From positions 23,261 to 87,260 of the forward strand of contig CAZOKZ010000001.1 of the NCBI GenBank assembly GCA_964580585.1: 64,000 nucleotides of DNA, written 5' to 3'. Of this stretch, positions 29,667 to 40,053 are shown piece by piece (within the stretch, counting starts at the first letter, position 1; the number at the start of each line of letters is the position of its first letter). The DNA is from an uncultured Candidatus Sumerlaeota bacterium. GTDB lineage: Bacteria; Sumerlaeota; Sumerlaeia; SLMS01; JAHLLQ01. A program made the position numbers and the translations under genes. The notes under the pieces are model-generated. The model searched no databases. It saw only the letters and a list, made by a program, of their open reading frames with translations, and was not told the origin of the DNA.

Positions 29667-30236
29667 CTAACTTGCGGTGATCAGGATAGCCCACCTGCGA
29701 GACTCCGTTTCCTCCAGAAAGGCGCAGTAACCAGTCATTATCGCTGGGAGTTGACAAAGATAGGAATCTGGAGGAGCGAAACTGCTGTGCCACACGCTAG
29801 CGACCTGATGCAATGCGGCGCGCGCTTCCTTGGCAAGCGACGATACGCTGTCGGGGGAAAGGGCTCCCAAGTACTCAGTGTCTATTTCCGCAGGGGCGCC
29901 GAGATCGGCAGCAGGGGCATAGCAATTTTTTGCGAGATCAGGGATGGCAGCCATCCTCACCAGGAAGCGCTGAATTCTTAGTTCCAACTCTTTGGAAGTT
30001 CGATCCCCTAAGCTTCCTAACTCTCTCGCCAGACATTCTCCAGCCCGCCAGTTTTCCCAGAGCGAGTCTTTCGGGAGGAAGACATAGGGACGCCAGGGTT
30101 CGTGTCCCTCCTCCGTGTCTTCGTCATCGAGGAGTTCCCAGAAGAAGCCCATGGAGCCTGTGTGCTCCAGTTCGGTTCGGAACCATTTCCAGTCGATGCC
30201 ATAATAGGTTGTTTCGATTCCCATTGTGAAGAGCAT
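29667..30236 (-). CDS. Hypothetical acidic cytoplasmic protein.
   Basis: ORF of 189 aa; no recognised motifs. Confidence 0.4.
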   Translation of the reverse strand: MLFTMGIETTYYGIDWKWFRTELEHTGSMGFFWELLDDEDTEEGHEPWRPYVFLPKDSLWENWRAGECLARELGSLGDRTSKELELRIQRFLVRMAAIPDLAKNCYAPAADLGAPAEIDTEYLGALSPDSVSSLAKEARAALHQVASVWHSSFAPPDSYLCQLPAIMTGYCAFLEETESRRWAILITAS

Positions 30237-30339
30237 ATCCTCAATTCAGGCGGTTAGACAGCTTTCAAACATAGATGGATGATTCTGAGCAAAGATCAGG
30301 ATTTATTCATCGAATGTTGATGTGATGTCATTTGGAATA

Positions 30340-31299
30340 TCACCGCCCCTCGCCCGCGCGGATTCGTTTACATAATTCCTGTACCGCAGTATTCCAATCG
30401 GGATAGTCGAATTCAAACCCAGCTTCTTGCAATCGACGCGGCACAACGCGGCGGCTCTTTAATATGAGTTCCGTTTCCGTGCGCAGAAAAATCGCTCCGA
30501 TTTCAAGCATCCATTCCATGGCGGGTAATCCTATGGATATTCCCCACGCTCGACGAATGGCGGCCATAAATTCGCGGTTTGGCATTGGATTGGGGGAACA
30601 AACATTAACCACACCTTCGAGATCATTTTGTTCGATTATAAATTTGACGGCTCGAACGAAATCTTTGTCATAAACCCAGGATAAAAATTGTTTACCATTT
30701 CCGTTTGTACCGCCCAAGCCCTTTTGTGTTAAACCAAGCATGACATCGAATACCCCATCTTTATCGGGGCTCATCGTCATGGCGGAACGCAGAGCAACTT
30801 TACGTGTCCTTGGTGTTTCAACATCGAAAAAAGTTTTTTCCCAGGCCTTGGCAACCTCGATGCTGAAGTTCCATTTTTCCGGCGCGCCTGGTTCATTGCC
30901 TCCCAATTCACCATCGATTTCATCCATCGAGCGGTCGAGCGCATGCCGATAAATAGTTGCCGTGCTGGCATTCAGCCAAATTTTCGGCGGATTTTCGGCG
31001 TTGGTAATAGCCTCGCCCAGAATTCGCGTGGATTCAATGCGCGAGTTCATCATTCGCAAACGGTTTTGCGCGTTGTAGCGACAATTTACCGTGTGGCCCG
31101 CCAAATTGATGACAACATCGGCGTCCTCCAGTTCAGCCACCCAGCCACCCAATGTTTTTCCGTCCCAGTTAACCACTTTCGGCGTTGCTGTTTGTGCTAA
31201 CTTTCGAGAAAGCACCACGACATCATGGCCTTCGGCAATAAAGGCACGTGTTAGAATTTGACCAACTTGACCACTTCCGCCCGGTATAACAAATTTCAT
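30340..31299 (-). CDS. NAD-dependent epimerase/dehydratase family protein (YfcH/TIGR01777-like, with DUF1731 C-terminus).
   Basis: GGSGQVG Rossmann motif; overall YfcH-like pattern. Confidence 0.75.
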   Translation of the reverse strand: MKFVIPGGSGQVGQILTRAFIAEGHDVVVLSRKLAQTATPKVVNWDGKTLGGWVAELEDADVVINLAGHTVNCRYNAQNRLRMMNSRIESTRILGEAITNAENPPKIWLNASTATIYRHALDRSMDEIDGELGGNEPGAPEKWNFSIEVAKAWEKTFFDVETPRTRKVALRSAMTMSPDKDGVFDVMLGLTQKGLGGTNGNGKQFLSWVYDKDFVRAVKFIIEQNDLEGVVNVCSPNPMPNREFMAAIRRAWGISIGLPAMEWMLEIGAIFLRTETELILKSRRVVPRRLQEAGFEFDYPDWNTAVQELCKRIRAGEGR

Positions 31300-31352
31300 T
31301 AGAAACAACCTTGCATTTCGTTTGTTTTTGTTGCGTGTACTTTTCTCACTTT

Positions 31353-33110
31353 TCAAACCAATTTAAACCATTCAACGCCTATGGCTAACATACGTTTGTC
31401 TGCACTATCGGTTGGGCAACTCGCATCGGGCAACTCTAAAATGACGATATTATTTTCTGTAAGATAAGATGAAGATACTGGAAATAAAATAGTCGTGGTT
31501 TCCGTTAGCTCTTTTTCTCCTAATAATTGACCGTTCAAGAAAACACGAATTCGTTGCGATTTTATTCTTCCATTATCCAAGAATGGGAATCCACGTAATG
31601 TAAAATAGCGAGGTGTCTTTTCTTCTGAGAAATGAAGTAATATCGTAGCCTGTTGACCATCTGTCCAACGAAAAGTACCTTCAGGGTACGCTGCCCATCC
31701 TGACCAAAGCACCGGGTGTGCCAGAACAGACCCAGGATTAATATTTGTACCAATCGAATATTCAGGGAATTCAGGTGGCAATGATGCGGGAAGCAGCCAT
31801 GCAAGGCTTTGCGGTTGTTTCCAGTCCCAAAGTCGCCATTTCATTTCGTCAATACTAAATGGTTTTTCATTCCATTGCCACGATTTCCACGAAAATGCAG
31901 CGGGAGCGTTTTGTGCAATGCTTAGAATGCTCGCGATAAATATAATTCCCCCAATACAATGGCGTTTCCAGCCTGTTTTCGGCATTTGCGAATATTCTTT
32001 CATCACACCGAGCACCATCGGAATGAACCAGGGAATCATATCGAAAAATAAGCGTGGGCCATAACTGAACCCGCCATACCAATACCATCTCCAGTACACG
32101 GCTATCAGCAAAAAGTGAACTCCAAATACACATAGAGCACATTTGACGAATATATTATTCCATATGAGCGATGGTTTAAATAACAAACCCGCGAGAGGGA
32201 GTAATAATATTGGAGAATAAAAGAACAAACCTCTGGATGGACTGATAAGTGATCCCAGAATGGACTCACCAACATTCCCATCTGCCGTTCGTGCTGCGTA
32301 AAAATATCTTGGCAAAAATTGATTATAATGGCTGTATGAATAAAAGATGAATAGAAGTCCCCAGAAAAACAAGGTTCCAAACATGATCACTGCTGATTTT
32401 TTGTTCATCTTGATAAGAATGACGATGATGGCAATCATTGAAATAGCAAACGTTGGTCGGGAAAAAAACATAAACGCTAATATTGTCCCTAAAAGTGACG
32501 ATAGCCAGTATTTTGTTGGGAATTTTTCATGTTGACACAGCAGGATAATTGCTACGATGAGAAGGAATACGCCCCATGTGCTCGACCAAAGCGCGCGCGT
32601 CCCGGTGCTCCAAACCGAAGTCCCCAAGGCAAATATTATTGTACAAATAATGGAAGGTACTATACTAAGCTCATTTGAAAAGTAAAGAAAGACAAGAGCG
32701 CTTGCGAGAGCCATTAAAAAACCAGAAAGTATTCGCTGCATCAAATCTTCGTTACTGGGATTATATTTGCCTTCCTGATCGAAACAACTTAATCCCCCAA
32801 GCTTGAATAAAGCAACGAATGGGATGCTGAGAATACTGCTTCCAGGCGGATAATAATAATACAAGCGACCTTGATATTCTTCTATTTGATAGGGAAGCCC
32901 CGATTCGTTTAACGAAGGGTGTCGATTAGGGTCTAAGGGGCGTTGAAAATATTGAGTTAGATCGAAGCTCCCCGTTTCCATCAAATGTTCGCTCAACAAC
33001 AGCGAATAACGAGAGTCCGCCATTTGTGTAACGGGTCCACTTAGAAAAAGAATCCAGAACAGGATGAAGAGTATTGAACTAATGAGGATTCTTTTGCTAT
33101 TCAAAACCAT
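31353..33110 (-). CDS. Polytopic membrane protein, GT-C-like glycosyltransferase (ArnT/PMT-like) with a C-terminal extracytoplasmic domain; markedly AT-rich gene.
   Basis: More than ten predicted TM helices; local GC about 40% against about 55% for the rest of the window. Confidence 0.45.
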   Translation of the reverse strand: MVLNSKRILISSILFILFWILFLSGPVTQMADSRYSLLLSEHLMETGSFDLTQYFQRPLDPNRHPSLNESGLPYQIEEYQGRLYYYYPPGSSILSIPFVALFKLGGLSCFDQEGKYNPSNEDLMQRILSGFLMALASALVFLYFSNELSIVPSIICTIIFALGTSVWSTGTRALWSSTWGVFLLIVAIILLCQHEKFPTKYWLSSLLGTILAFMFFSRPTFAISMIAIIVILIKMNKKSAVIMFGTLFFWGLLFIFYSYSHYNQFLPRYFYAARTADGNVGESILGSLISPSRGLFFYSPILLLPLAGLLFKPSLIWNNIFVKCALCVFGVHFLLIAVYWRWYWYGGFSYGPRLFFDMIPWFIPMVLGVMKEYSQMPKTGWKRHCIGGIIFIASILSIAQNAPAAFSWKSWQWNEKPFSIDEMKWRLWDWKQPQSLAWLLPASLPPEFPEYSIGTNINPGSVLAHPVLWSGWAAYPEGTFRWTDGQQATILLHFSEEKTPRYFTLRGFPFLDNGRIKSQRIRVFLNGQLLGEKELTETTTILFPVSSSYLTENNIVILELPDASCPTDSADKRMLAIGVEWFKLV

Positions 33111-33168
33111 GGAGCCGAACCGTTTCCTCAGTTTGCTTATAATTAAGAGAAGGTGTTGAAAATCAGGT

Positions 33169-33789
33169 TCATTCTATCTCAGAACCTTTCCACTGCATTT
33201 GGAAATCATGAGGAATATTAAGCGATTCCAGCGTTTTCATGACGATAAAATCCACCAGGTCGTCGATCGTGTTGGGTTGATGATAAAACCCTGGCATTGC
33301 GGGCAATATTTGACCGCCCGATTCAGAAATGGTGAGCATATTACGAAGATGAATTGAAGAAAGCGGAGTTTCCCGTGGTACCAAAACCAACGGTCGGCGT
33401 TCTTTCAGGAAACAATCCGCGCAACGCGTCAGTAAATTATCACTGTACCCATGCGCAATAGCGGCAATGGTTTTCATCGAACAAGGGGCAACAACCATAC
33501 CACTCGCCTGAAAGGTCCCCGATGCCATTGGAGCTGCAATATCACGGATATTGTATGTGCGAATGAATTGTTTGATTTGCTCGGACGTCAGGTTCAGCCA
33601 TTTATCAAGTTCCAGCCCGGGACCTGCACCCGCAATTCCCATTTCTGCTTGCATTACTTTCCACGCACTGGAACTGACAAGCAAGTGCACATCCCATTCC
33701 AGGGTGACCAACTTCTCCACCAATCGTGACCCGTAGATAGTTCCCGAAGCTCCGGAAATACCAACGACAATGCGTTTGGATGCGTTCAT
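33169..33789 (-). CDS. ubiX: Flavin prenyltransferase UbiX.
   Basis: Flavoprotein fold motifs (GISGASG ... APCSMKT). Confidence 0.85.
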   Translation of the reverse strand: MNASKRIVVGISGASGTIYGSRLVEKLVTLEWDVHLLVSSSAWKVMQAEMGIAGAGPGLELDKWLNLTSEQIKQFIRTYNIRDIAAPMASGTFQASGMVVAPCSMKTIAAIAHGYSDNLLTRCADCFLKERRPLVLVPRETPLSSIHLRNMLTISESGGQILPAMPGFYHQPNTIDDLVDFIVMKTLESLNIPHDFQMQWKGSEIE

Positions 33790-34490
33790 GTGTTGGCATT
33801 CCTTTTCTTTGTGCACTCGGCGATATGCAATGCAGCGATGCCAAACGTCAATTGAGAGCCACGAACCCGGTCAAAGCCAGATTGGCGCATCATCCGGGCC
33901 AGCATTTTTGGCGAAGGCCATTCCATCACCGATTCGCTCAGGTAACGATAGGCAGTCGAACGACTCACCAGATTGCCGATGAAAGGGAGGAATACCTGAA
34001 AGTAAAAAAGGTATGATGCACGAATGACCGGATTCTTTGGCGTGGTGAATTCCAACACCGCCAGCCGTCCGCCTGGTTTCAGAACACGGCGCATTTCACG
34101 CAACCCATCCCGGGTGTCGGCCATGTTGCGCAATCCGAATGCAACCGTTACCAAATCGAATGTTGCGTCGGGAAACGGCAGATTCAGTCCATCGCATTGC
34201 AAAAAACCGCCAGGCGCCTTACCTTGGGCTCTTTGCAACATCGGCAGGCAGAAATCACCGCCAAAAACTTCGCAACCTTCAGGAGCGCGGCGCCTTAATT
34301 CAATCGTTAAGTCGCCCGTTCCACAGGCTATATCCAACACCCGACGGTCGTCAGCCCGCAGGGCCTGTCTCACGGTAAAACGTCGCCACATGCGATCGAT
34401 ATTGAGACTAAAAACATGATTCAGCGCATCATAAACGGGGGCGATTGCGCCGAACATCGATTGGATTTTCCTGGGGTCTTTAACGACCAT
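33786..34490 (-). CDS. ubiE: Ubiquinone/menaquinone biosynthesis C-methyltransferase UbiE/MenG.
   Basis: UbiE-family SAM-binding LDIACGTGD and conserved FGLRN; ATGA overlap with ubiX. Confidence 0.8.
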   Translation of the reverse strand: MVVKDPRKIQSMFGAIAPVYDALNHVFSLNIDRMWRRFTVRQALRADDRRVLDIACGTGDLTIELRRRAPEGCEVFGGDFCLPMLQRAQGKAPGGFLQCDGLNLPFPDATFDLVTVAFGLRNMADTRDGLREMRRVLKPGGRLAVLEFTTPKNPVIRASYLFYFQVFLPFIGNLVSRSTAYRYLSESVMEWPSPKMLARMMRQSGFDRVRGSQLTFGIAALHIAECTKKRNANT

Positions 34491-34757
34491 GGCTCCGATT
34501 CCATTTTGGGGGATAAAGCTGAAAATGAGCTTTCGCGATAAGGGGATGCCGTGATCTCTTCGCGATCTTCTGGGCGTTTTCGTGAGATTCCGCCTTGCGG
34601 CGATCAAACGCGTTCCCTACTTTTCCAATCTGCCTGCCCGGGGCTAGGGAAACATGCGCCTGACGATTTATCGTAATATCGCCAAACTTATGCCGTGTTT
34701 TTCCAGTCTCATCGGCGTCAGCCTCTTATGGGTTGCTAACAAACTGAATGGACAATC

Positions 34758-37499
34758 ATGCGCATGTCTTTGATAATCAAGAACTTGCAACACTTTTCCC
34801 GATCCGCCTCACTTGCTTTTCTGGCTGGAGCATTGTTGCTCCCGAGTTGGAGCAATGCGCAGTTATCCACCATGAGCGAGGGGACGACCACACTCAAGGT
34901 TACCACTGCCGAAGAGCAAAGTCATACTCCGGCCAGCGTGGAGCAGGTAACGGATATGGAAAACCTTCCGCGCAGCTTCTGGGTCAATACGCTGCTGGGA
35001 GATTCCGTCCTTCGTAACGATCTTTCTTTTGTGTCCGTGGGCGATATCTCTTCGGATTTCAGGCTGGCAGTTGGGCAGCAAAAACTGCTTCGTCAAGGCG
35101 GGTTGCTGGACATCACGACCTCCATGGCGGACCCGGAAAACTTCCATCTTTTGCTGCCAAACACGGCTGGCGCCAACGAATACCGTCTTCAAGCTCGTGA
35201 TCTGACGCGCCGGGAAAACGACGACAAAAGCGCCTCGGTCATCGTTGAATATTACGATTCAACGTACCCCTTTCTGACTGCTCGCACAGAATTCAACATG
35301 CCGAGCGACATGCCGGGTGTGCTGGTAACCACCACATTAACCAATACCAGCGAAGAATACATCGCCAAGAATGTGATTCCCTCGGATTTCATCCTGTGGG
35401 GAGCGATGAGTCCTTTTGTTCCCGGCAAAGGTTGGGCGACAAACGCCAAAATCGACGAAGCCGAGTTCATTTTTGCCCGACGATACGATGTCTGGATGTT
35501 GATCGCGCCTGAATCGGGAACCATGGACATCGACCAGCGGGGTGAGCTGTGCGGCCTTTCATACGGTTCGCCCAGTAACATGGAACCAGGCGAAACTAAA
35601 GTTTTCCGCCGCTGGGTGCTAACCTCGAAAAATGATCCGGCTTACCTTTACTCGAAAATCCTTGAAAAACGTCCGAACGCCGATTTCGGCACTTTGTTGG
35701 GCCGCGTTATTGAACGTGAACAAACCCCAGACGGTGCGATGATGGAGCGCGGACCAGTGGGGGACTGCGATATCTTCCTTTCGCCCGTCATTCGTAAGAC
35801 TTGGACCGACGAGCAACGTAGCACGTTCATGGGGCGCCCCTATTTGATCACCACGAGCCAACCCAACGGTGTTTTCAACACCCTTTTACCCTCGGGCGAT
35901 TATCGGGTGATTCCTGCGCCAGAGTCCCGATTGGCTCCGATTCCCAACTATACGTCCAAAATCGAAAAAGACAAAGTAGAAGCCATCGATTTCGGTGTCT
36001 CGGCATCTTCTCGTTTGATTTACAAACTCGTGGATGCCGATACGAAGGAGTTAATTCCCGGTAAACTAACAATCGAGCCCTTGCGAGGCACACGTTCGCT
36101 CGAACTGGGACCGCCAAGCGACGTGCGCGCAGGAAACGTAGTGTTATCTTCCCATGGTGCGGGGATCGTTGAATTGCCCCCTGGGTCCTATCGCGTAATT
36201 GCCTCGCGTGGACCCGAGTACCATACCGTCGAGCAACGCATTAAGGTAAACCAAGTCAAAGATACGACACAGGTTTTTGTTCTCAAACGCGCATTCGAGA
36301 CACCCGGTTGGATTTCCGCCGACGTTGGCGTGCGCACCGATGCCACGGTATCGAGCCGAGTGAGCAAGGAGTCGCGAGTCGTCTCTGCAGTTGCGGAAGG
36401 CGTCGAGTGGTTGGTGAGCGGTGACACGGACACTGCGACCGATTTGCAACCCGCAGTGGAAAGCCTGGGGTTATCGAAGTTTTTGACGACATCCCCCGGA
36501 TTCCGACATTCAGGCGATGTGACACCGTTTCGAGGCGACTTCTTGCTCTTCCCAACGAACATTTGTTCGTCGGGTTTTGAACCGGATTTCACTCCGGTGC
36601 GTGCTGCAAATTCCAGCCGTGAAATTCTGGCTTCCATGCGCGCGCTTTGTCCCGAAGCCGCTATCTTGGTTTCCCGACCCGTTTGGCCGTCGATTGGTTA
36701 TTTGTCGCTTCAAGGTTTCGATCCCACGGTTGGAACAATACCCGAAGGCGATTGGAGCCGCGATTTCGATGCCTTTCAAATTTGGGAAGGCAAGCGCCAG
36801 GGGACGATCAACGAAGATTATCTGACGTATCATAACCTCTTGCGCGAAGGGATGAAGCTGACCGCGTTTGGTGCCAGTAATTCCCATGAGACATGGATGC
36901 AGGAACCCGGTTATCCGCGCGTGTATGTAAAATCCAGCACGGACGATCCGTCAAAAATCGATCCGGAAGAATTAGCGCGAAATATCAAGAACCGCCAGGT
37001 CTGTGTGACGAACGGTCCCTTTGTTTCCGTCAAGGTTAACGGTAAACCCATGGGGTCGCTGGTAACGGACACCGATGGATCGGTGGATCTTGAAATCGAG
37101 GTTCAAGCCGCCAACTGGGTTCAGATCGAATCGATCAGTGTAAACCTCAATGGCCTGTTTGTGCGTAAAATTCTGCTCAATTCAGCCGCGCTGGACCCCA
37201 ACGCGGGTTGCATTTTTCCGCCGAAGGATTCGCCAGAAGACGGCAAGCTCAAGCTGACCATGCGCAAGGACGCTGTCTTGGATGTTGTCGTCGAAGGCTC
37301 CATTGACATTCCGATGGACCCGGTCAATCCGTTCATTGCGTTGACACGGGATAACAAAATCCCACGCGGTCAATTCCCGATGGCTATTTCAGCGCCTACC
37401 TTCCTGGACATCGATGGCGACGGCAAAATCACAATGCCGAAAGTTACACCCGAAGGCACCACCGTCGAAGGCGAAGCGGGCGAAGATCCGCCATTCTAA
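34758..37499 (+). CDS. Large secreted protein (913 aa) of unknown function.
   Basis: Signal peptide ending SWSNAQ; no confidently recognised domain. Confidence 0.5.
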   Translation: MRMSLIIKNLQHFSRSASLAFLAGALLLPSWSNAQLSTMSEGTTTLKVTTAEEQSHTPASVEQVTDMENLPRSFWVNTLLGDSVLRNDLSFVSVGDISSDFRLAVGQQKLLRQGGLLDITTSMADPENFHLLLPNTAGANEYRLQARDLTRRENDDKSASVIVEYYDSTYPFLTARTEFNMPSDMPGVLVTTTLTNTSEEYIAKNVIPSDFILWGAMSPFVPGKGWATNAKIDEAEFIFARRYDVWMLIAPESGTMDIDQRGELCGLSYGSPSNMEPGETKVFRRWVLTSKNDPAYLYSKILEKRPNADFGTLLGRVIEREQTPDGAMMERGPVGDCDIFLSPVIRKTWTDEQRSTFMGRPYLITTSQPNGVFNTLLPSGDYRVIPAPESRLAPIPNYTSKIEKDKVEAIDFGVSASSRLIYKLVDADTKELIPGKLTIEPLRGTRSLELGPPSDVRAGNVVLSSHGAGIVELPPGSYRVIASRGPEYHTVEQRIKVNQVKDTTQVFVLKRAFETPGWISADVGVRTDATVSSRVSKESRVVSAVAEGVEWLVSGDTDTATDLQPAVESLGLSKFLTTSPGFRHSGDVTPFRGDFLLFPTNICSSGFEPDFTPVRAANSSREILASMRALCPEAAILVSRPVWPSIGYLSLQGFDPTVGTIPEGDWSRDFDAFQIWEGKRQGTINEDYLTYHNLLREGMKLTAFGASNSHETWMQEPGYPRVYVKSSTDDPSKIDPEELARNIKNRQVCVTNGPFVSVKVNGKPMGSLVTDTDGSVDLEIEVQAANWVQIESISVNLNGLFVRKILLNSAALDPNAGCIFPPKDSPEDGKLKLTMRKDAVLDVVVEGSIDIPMDPVNPFIALTRDNKIPRGQFPMAISAPTFLDIDGDGKITMPKVTPEGTTVEGEAGEDPPF

Positions 37500-37520
37500 G
37501 AACCATCGAAACCATTTACA

Positions 37521-37558
37521 AAAAACGCGTCTCGGTATATCCGAGGCGCGTTTTTTTT
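37521..37558. terminator. Bidirectional rho-independent terminator (AACGCGTCTCGG-TATAT-CCGAGGCGCGTT with a T8 run, A-run upstream).
   Basis: Read from sequence between convergent genes. Confidence 0.6.
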
Positions 37559-37563
37559 GAAAC

Positions 37564-38652
37564 TTATTGAGCCAGATCAGCCATCTTTTGCGCCAATTCC
37601 GCTTTGCGCAGTGGACGCAGGATGTCGTCCAAATCGCCTTCCATTACACGGTCCAGGCAATACAACGTTAAGTTGATACGATGGTCCGTAATGCGATTCT
37701 GAGGAAAATTGTACGTGCGAATACGCTCGCTGCGATCACCGCTTCCAACCATTTGTTTACGATTGGCGCTTCGGGCTGCAATGTCTTTGCGGAGTTGCTC
37801 CTCGAGCAAGCGCGACCGAAGCACCCCCATGGCCTTGGCCTTGTTTTTCAACTGGCTACGTTCGTCCTGACACGTTACGATCAATCCCGTCGGCAGGTGC
37901 AAGATCCGCACAGCACTGTACGTGGTGTTCACGCCCTGGCCACCCGGTCCCGAAGCGCACATGGTGTCGATACGCAAATCGGACTCTTTGATTTCGATGT
38001 CGGTTTCCTCGGCTTCAGGCAAAACGGCAACCGTTGCTGCCGAGGTATGAATGCGCCCTTGCGTTTCCGTCAGTGGCACACGTTGCACGCGATGTACACC
38101 GCTTTCATGCTTCAAAACACTATAGGCGCCATTGCCTTTGATGGAAACGATGACCTCACGGAACCCACCGAGTTCGCCTTCGGTTTGCGAAACGAGTTCC
38201 ACTTTCCACCCGATGGTTTCCGCGTATCGTGTGTACATGCGGAGCAAATCGCCTGCGAATAATCCCGCTTCGTCACCGCCTGTGCCAGCGCGAATTTCCA
38301 GCAGCAAGTTGCGATCATCCAACGGGTCTTTGGGGAGCAGACGAATTTCCAACTCTTCGGTCAGCGTTTCGACTAAATCGCGTGCTTCTTCCGCGTCGGC
38401 TTCTGCCAATTCGCGCATTTCCTCGTCGCGTTCGTTTTCAATCAAGTCTTCTGCCTGCGCCAAACGCGATTCCGTATCCACCAATCGACGCGCGAGTTGA
38501 ATCGTTTGTCCCAGTTCGTGATGTTCGCGGCCCAATTCAGCCAACCGACGCGGATTGCTCGCCACCTGGGGATCGGAAAGTTGGCCCTCCAGCGCGTCGA
38601 ACCGCTCTTGCAATTGTTTCAGCCGGGTTTGCGAACTGGAAGGAGAACTCAT
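37564..38652 (-). CDS. prfA: Peptide chain release factor 1.
   Basis: GGQ motif and an RF1-type tripeptide region ([18 protein letters not shown]). Confidence 0.9.
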   Translation of the reverse strand: MSSPSSSQTRLKQLQERFDALEGQLSDPQVASNPRRLAELGREHHELGQTIQLARRLVDTESRLAQAEDLIENERDEEMRELAEADAEEARDLVETLTEELEIRLLPKDPLDDRNLLLEIRAGTGGDEAGLFAGDLLRMYTRYAETIGWKVELVSQTEGELGGFREVIVSIKGNGAYSVLKHESGVHRVQRVPLTETQGRIHTSAATVAVLPEAEETDIEIKESDLRIDTMCASGPGGQGVNTTYSAVRILHLPTGLIVTCQDERSQLKNKAKAMGVLRSRLLEEQLRKDIAARSANRKQMVGSGDRSERIRTYNFPQNRITDHRINLTLYCLDRVMEGDLDDILRPLRKAELAQKMADLAQ

Positions 38653-38751
38653 TCAGGGAGGTTCCGGAAAAGGGATGAGAAAACAGTTCGGGTGTCGTAA
38701 TCGACAACAGACGGTTGCGTCAAATGCCAAGATGGATGACCGCACTGGTTG

Positions 38752-39921
38752 CTATTTTCGACGAGGGAGCATGGCTTTGATAAGCATCAGCAGGAAAATC
38801 ACCGCTCCGACGTGAGAAAAAACGCTGAAATGCATGTGCTCTGCCGAGTCGAACAAATCGGGACGGCCAAATGGAATTTTCTTCGCCAATTGATTGATCA
38901 GCAGACCAAAGCCCAAGGAACAAACTGAAATACTGGCGAGATATATCACGAGACCTCTCGTTTTCATCAGCCCGCGCACCACCGCCATGGTAGCGATGTT
39001 AGTTGCAGGGCCCGCCATCAGGAAAACCAACGCGGCGCCGGGCGAAAGACCTTTGGCAAGCAATCCCGCCACCAGGGGAGTCGAACCACTGGCGCAAACG
39101 TATATCGGAATGCCGATCACCAGCATCAGTACCATGCTGAGAAACCCGTCTCCCGCATATTTTTCGATAAACCCAGGAGGAATCAATGCCGCGATCAATC
39201 CCGTGGCAAGCAATCCCCACCAATAGTAATTCGCCAGCGAAGGAAACAGATCCCCGAACGCATAACGTTGGCCTGCGAGAAAACGTTGAAACCAGGAACC
39301 ATCTTTTTTCTCGGGAGTGTCGTGGTTGTGGTGTGCGTGTACGTCTGTGCCACCGCAGCAGGAAGCTTTTTCCGGTTCGACCGGTTGAGTAGAGCAACAA
39401 GACGCCTTAGCAGGTTGCGGTTTTTCCGATTCTGCTTTTTTGCCAGCGCAGCAAGAAGCCGGCGCCGGTTCATCGATCATCGGATCGTCGTTATTTTTGC
39501 CCAGGAACAACATCGCTATTCCGGCTGCCATCGCAGTGATAAAAGAAGTGACCACGCGCGCAACGGTTAGCCACGGACCCAGCAGCGCCCAGGAAATGGA
39601 AATCGAATCGACGCCATTTTCTGGCGTGGAAATCAAAAACGCCGAGATGGCGGGGTTACTGGCTCCCTGTTTTTTTAGTCCTGTTGCCACCGGGATCACG
39701 GAACAAGAACACAGAGGCAGGGGAACGCCAAGAGCCGAGGCGTTGAAAACCGCCCGTATCGAGTTGCCGCCCAACCATCGATGCAACACAGCGGGGGAAA
39801 GAAACACATGAATCAGACCTGCAACCGCCAATCCTCCCAGGATGAACCAACCGGACTCGGCTAGCACCAAATACATGTTCCAGAGTGTCAGTTTTAAGAT
39901 TTCAAAAAACTCAGCCATCAA
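38752..39921 (-). CDS. DUF318/ArsP-like permease with a central Cys/His-rich loop.
   Basis: LPLCSCSVIP resembles the ArsP TPFcSCS motif; loop carries three SCC motifs and HAHHNH. Confidence 0.55.
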   Translation of the reverse strand: MMAEFFEILKLTLWNMYLVLAESGWFILGGLAVAGLIHVFLSPAVLHRWLGGNSIRAVFNASALGVPLPLCSCSVIPVATGLKKQGASNPAISAFLISTPENGVDSISISWALLGPWLTVARVVTSFITAMAAGIAMLFLGKNNDDPMIDEPAPASCCAGKKAESEKPQPAKASCCSTQPVEPEKASCCGGTDVHAHHNHDTPEKKDGSWFQRFLAGQRYAFGDLFPSLANYYWWGLLATGLIAALIPPGFIEKYAGDGFLSMVLMLVIGIPIYVCASGSTPLVAGLLAKGLSPGAALVFLMAGPATNIATMAVVRGLMKTRGLVIYLASISVCSLGFGLLINQLAKKIPFGRPDLFDSAEHMHFSVFSHVGAVIFLLMLIKAMLPRRK

Positions 39922-40053
39922 GGAACTCCAAATCCCCCAAACTTAAAGGTATAATTTTTAGTCGATTGAATGTGAAATAAGGATTGAGCTTGTTCGCGCA
40001 TCCTTCGACATCCTTCTCGTGCTCCAAATTCGTAAACAGCAGGAAACGTTCCC

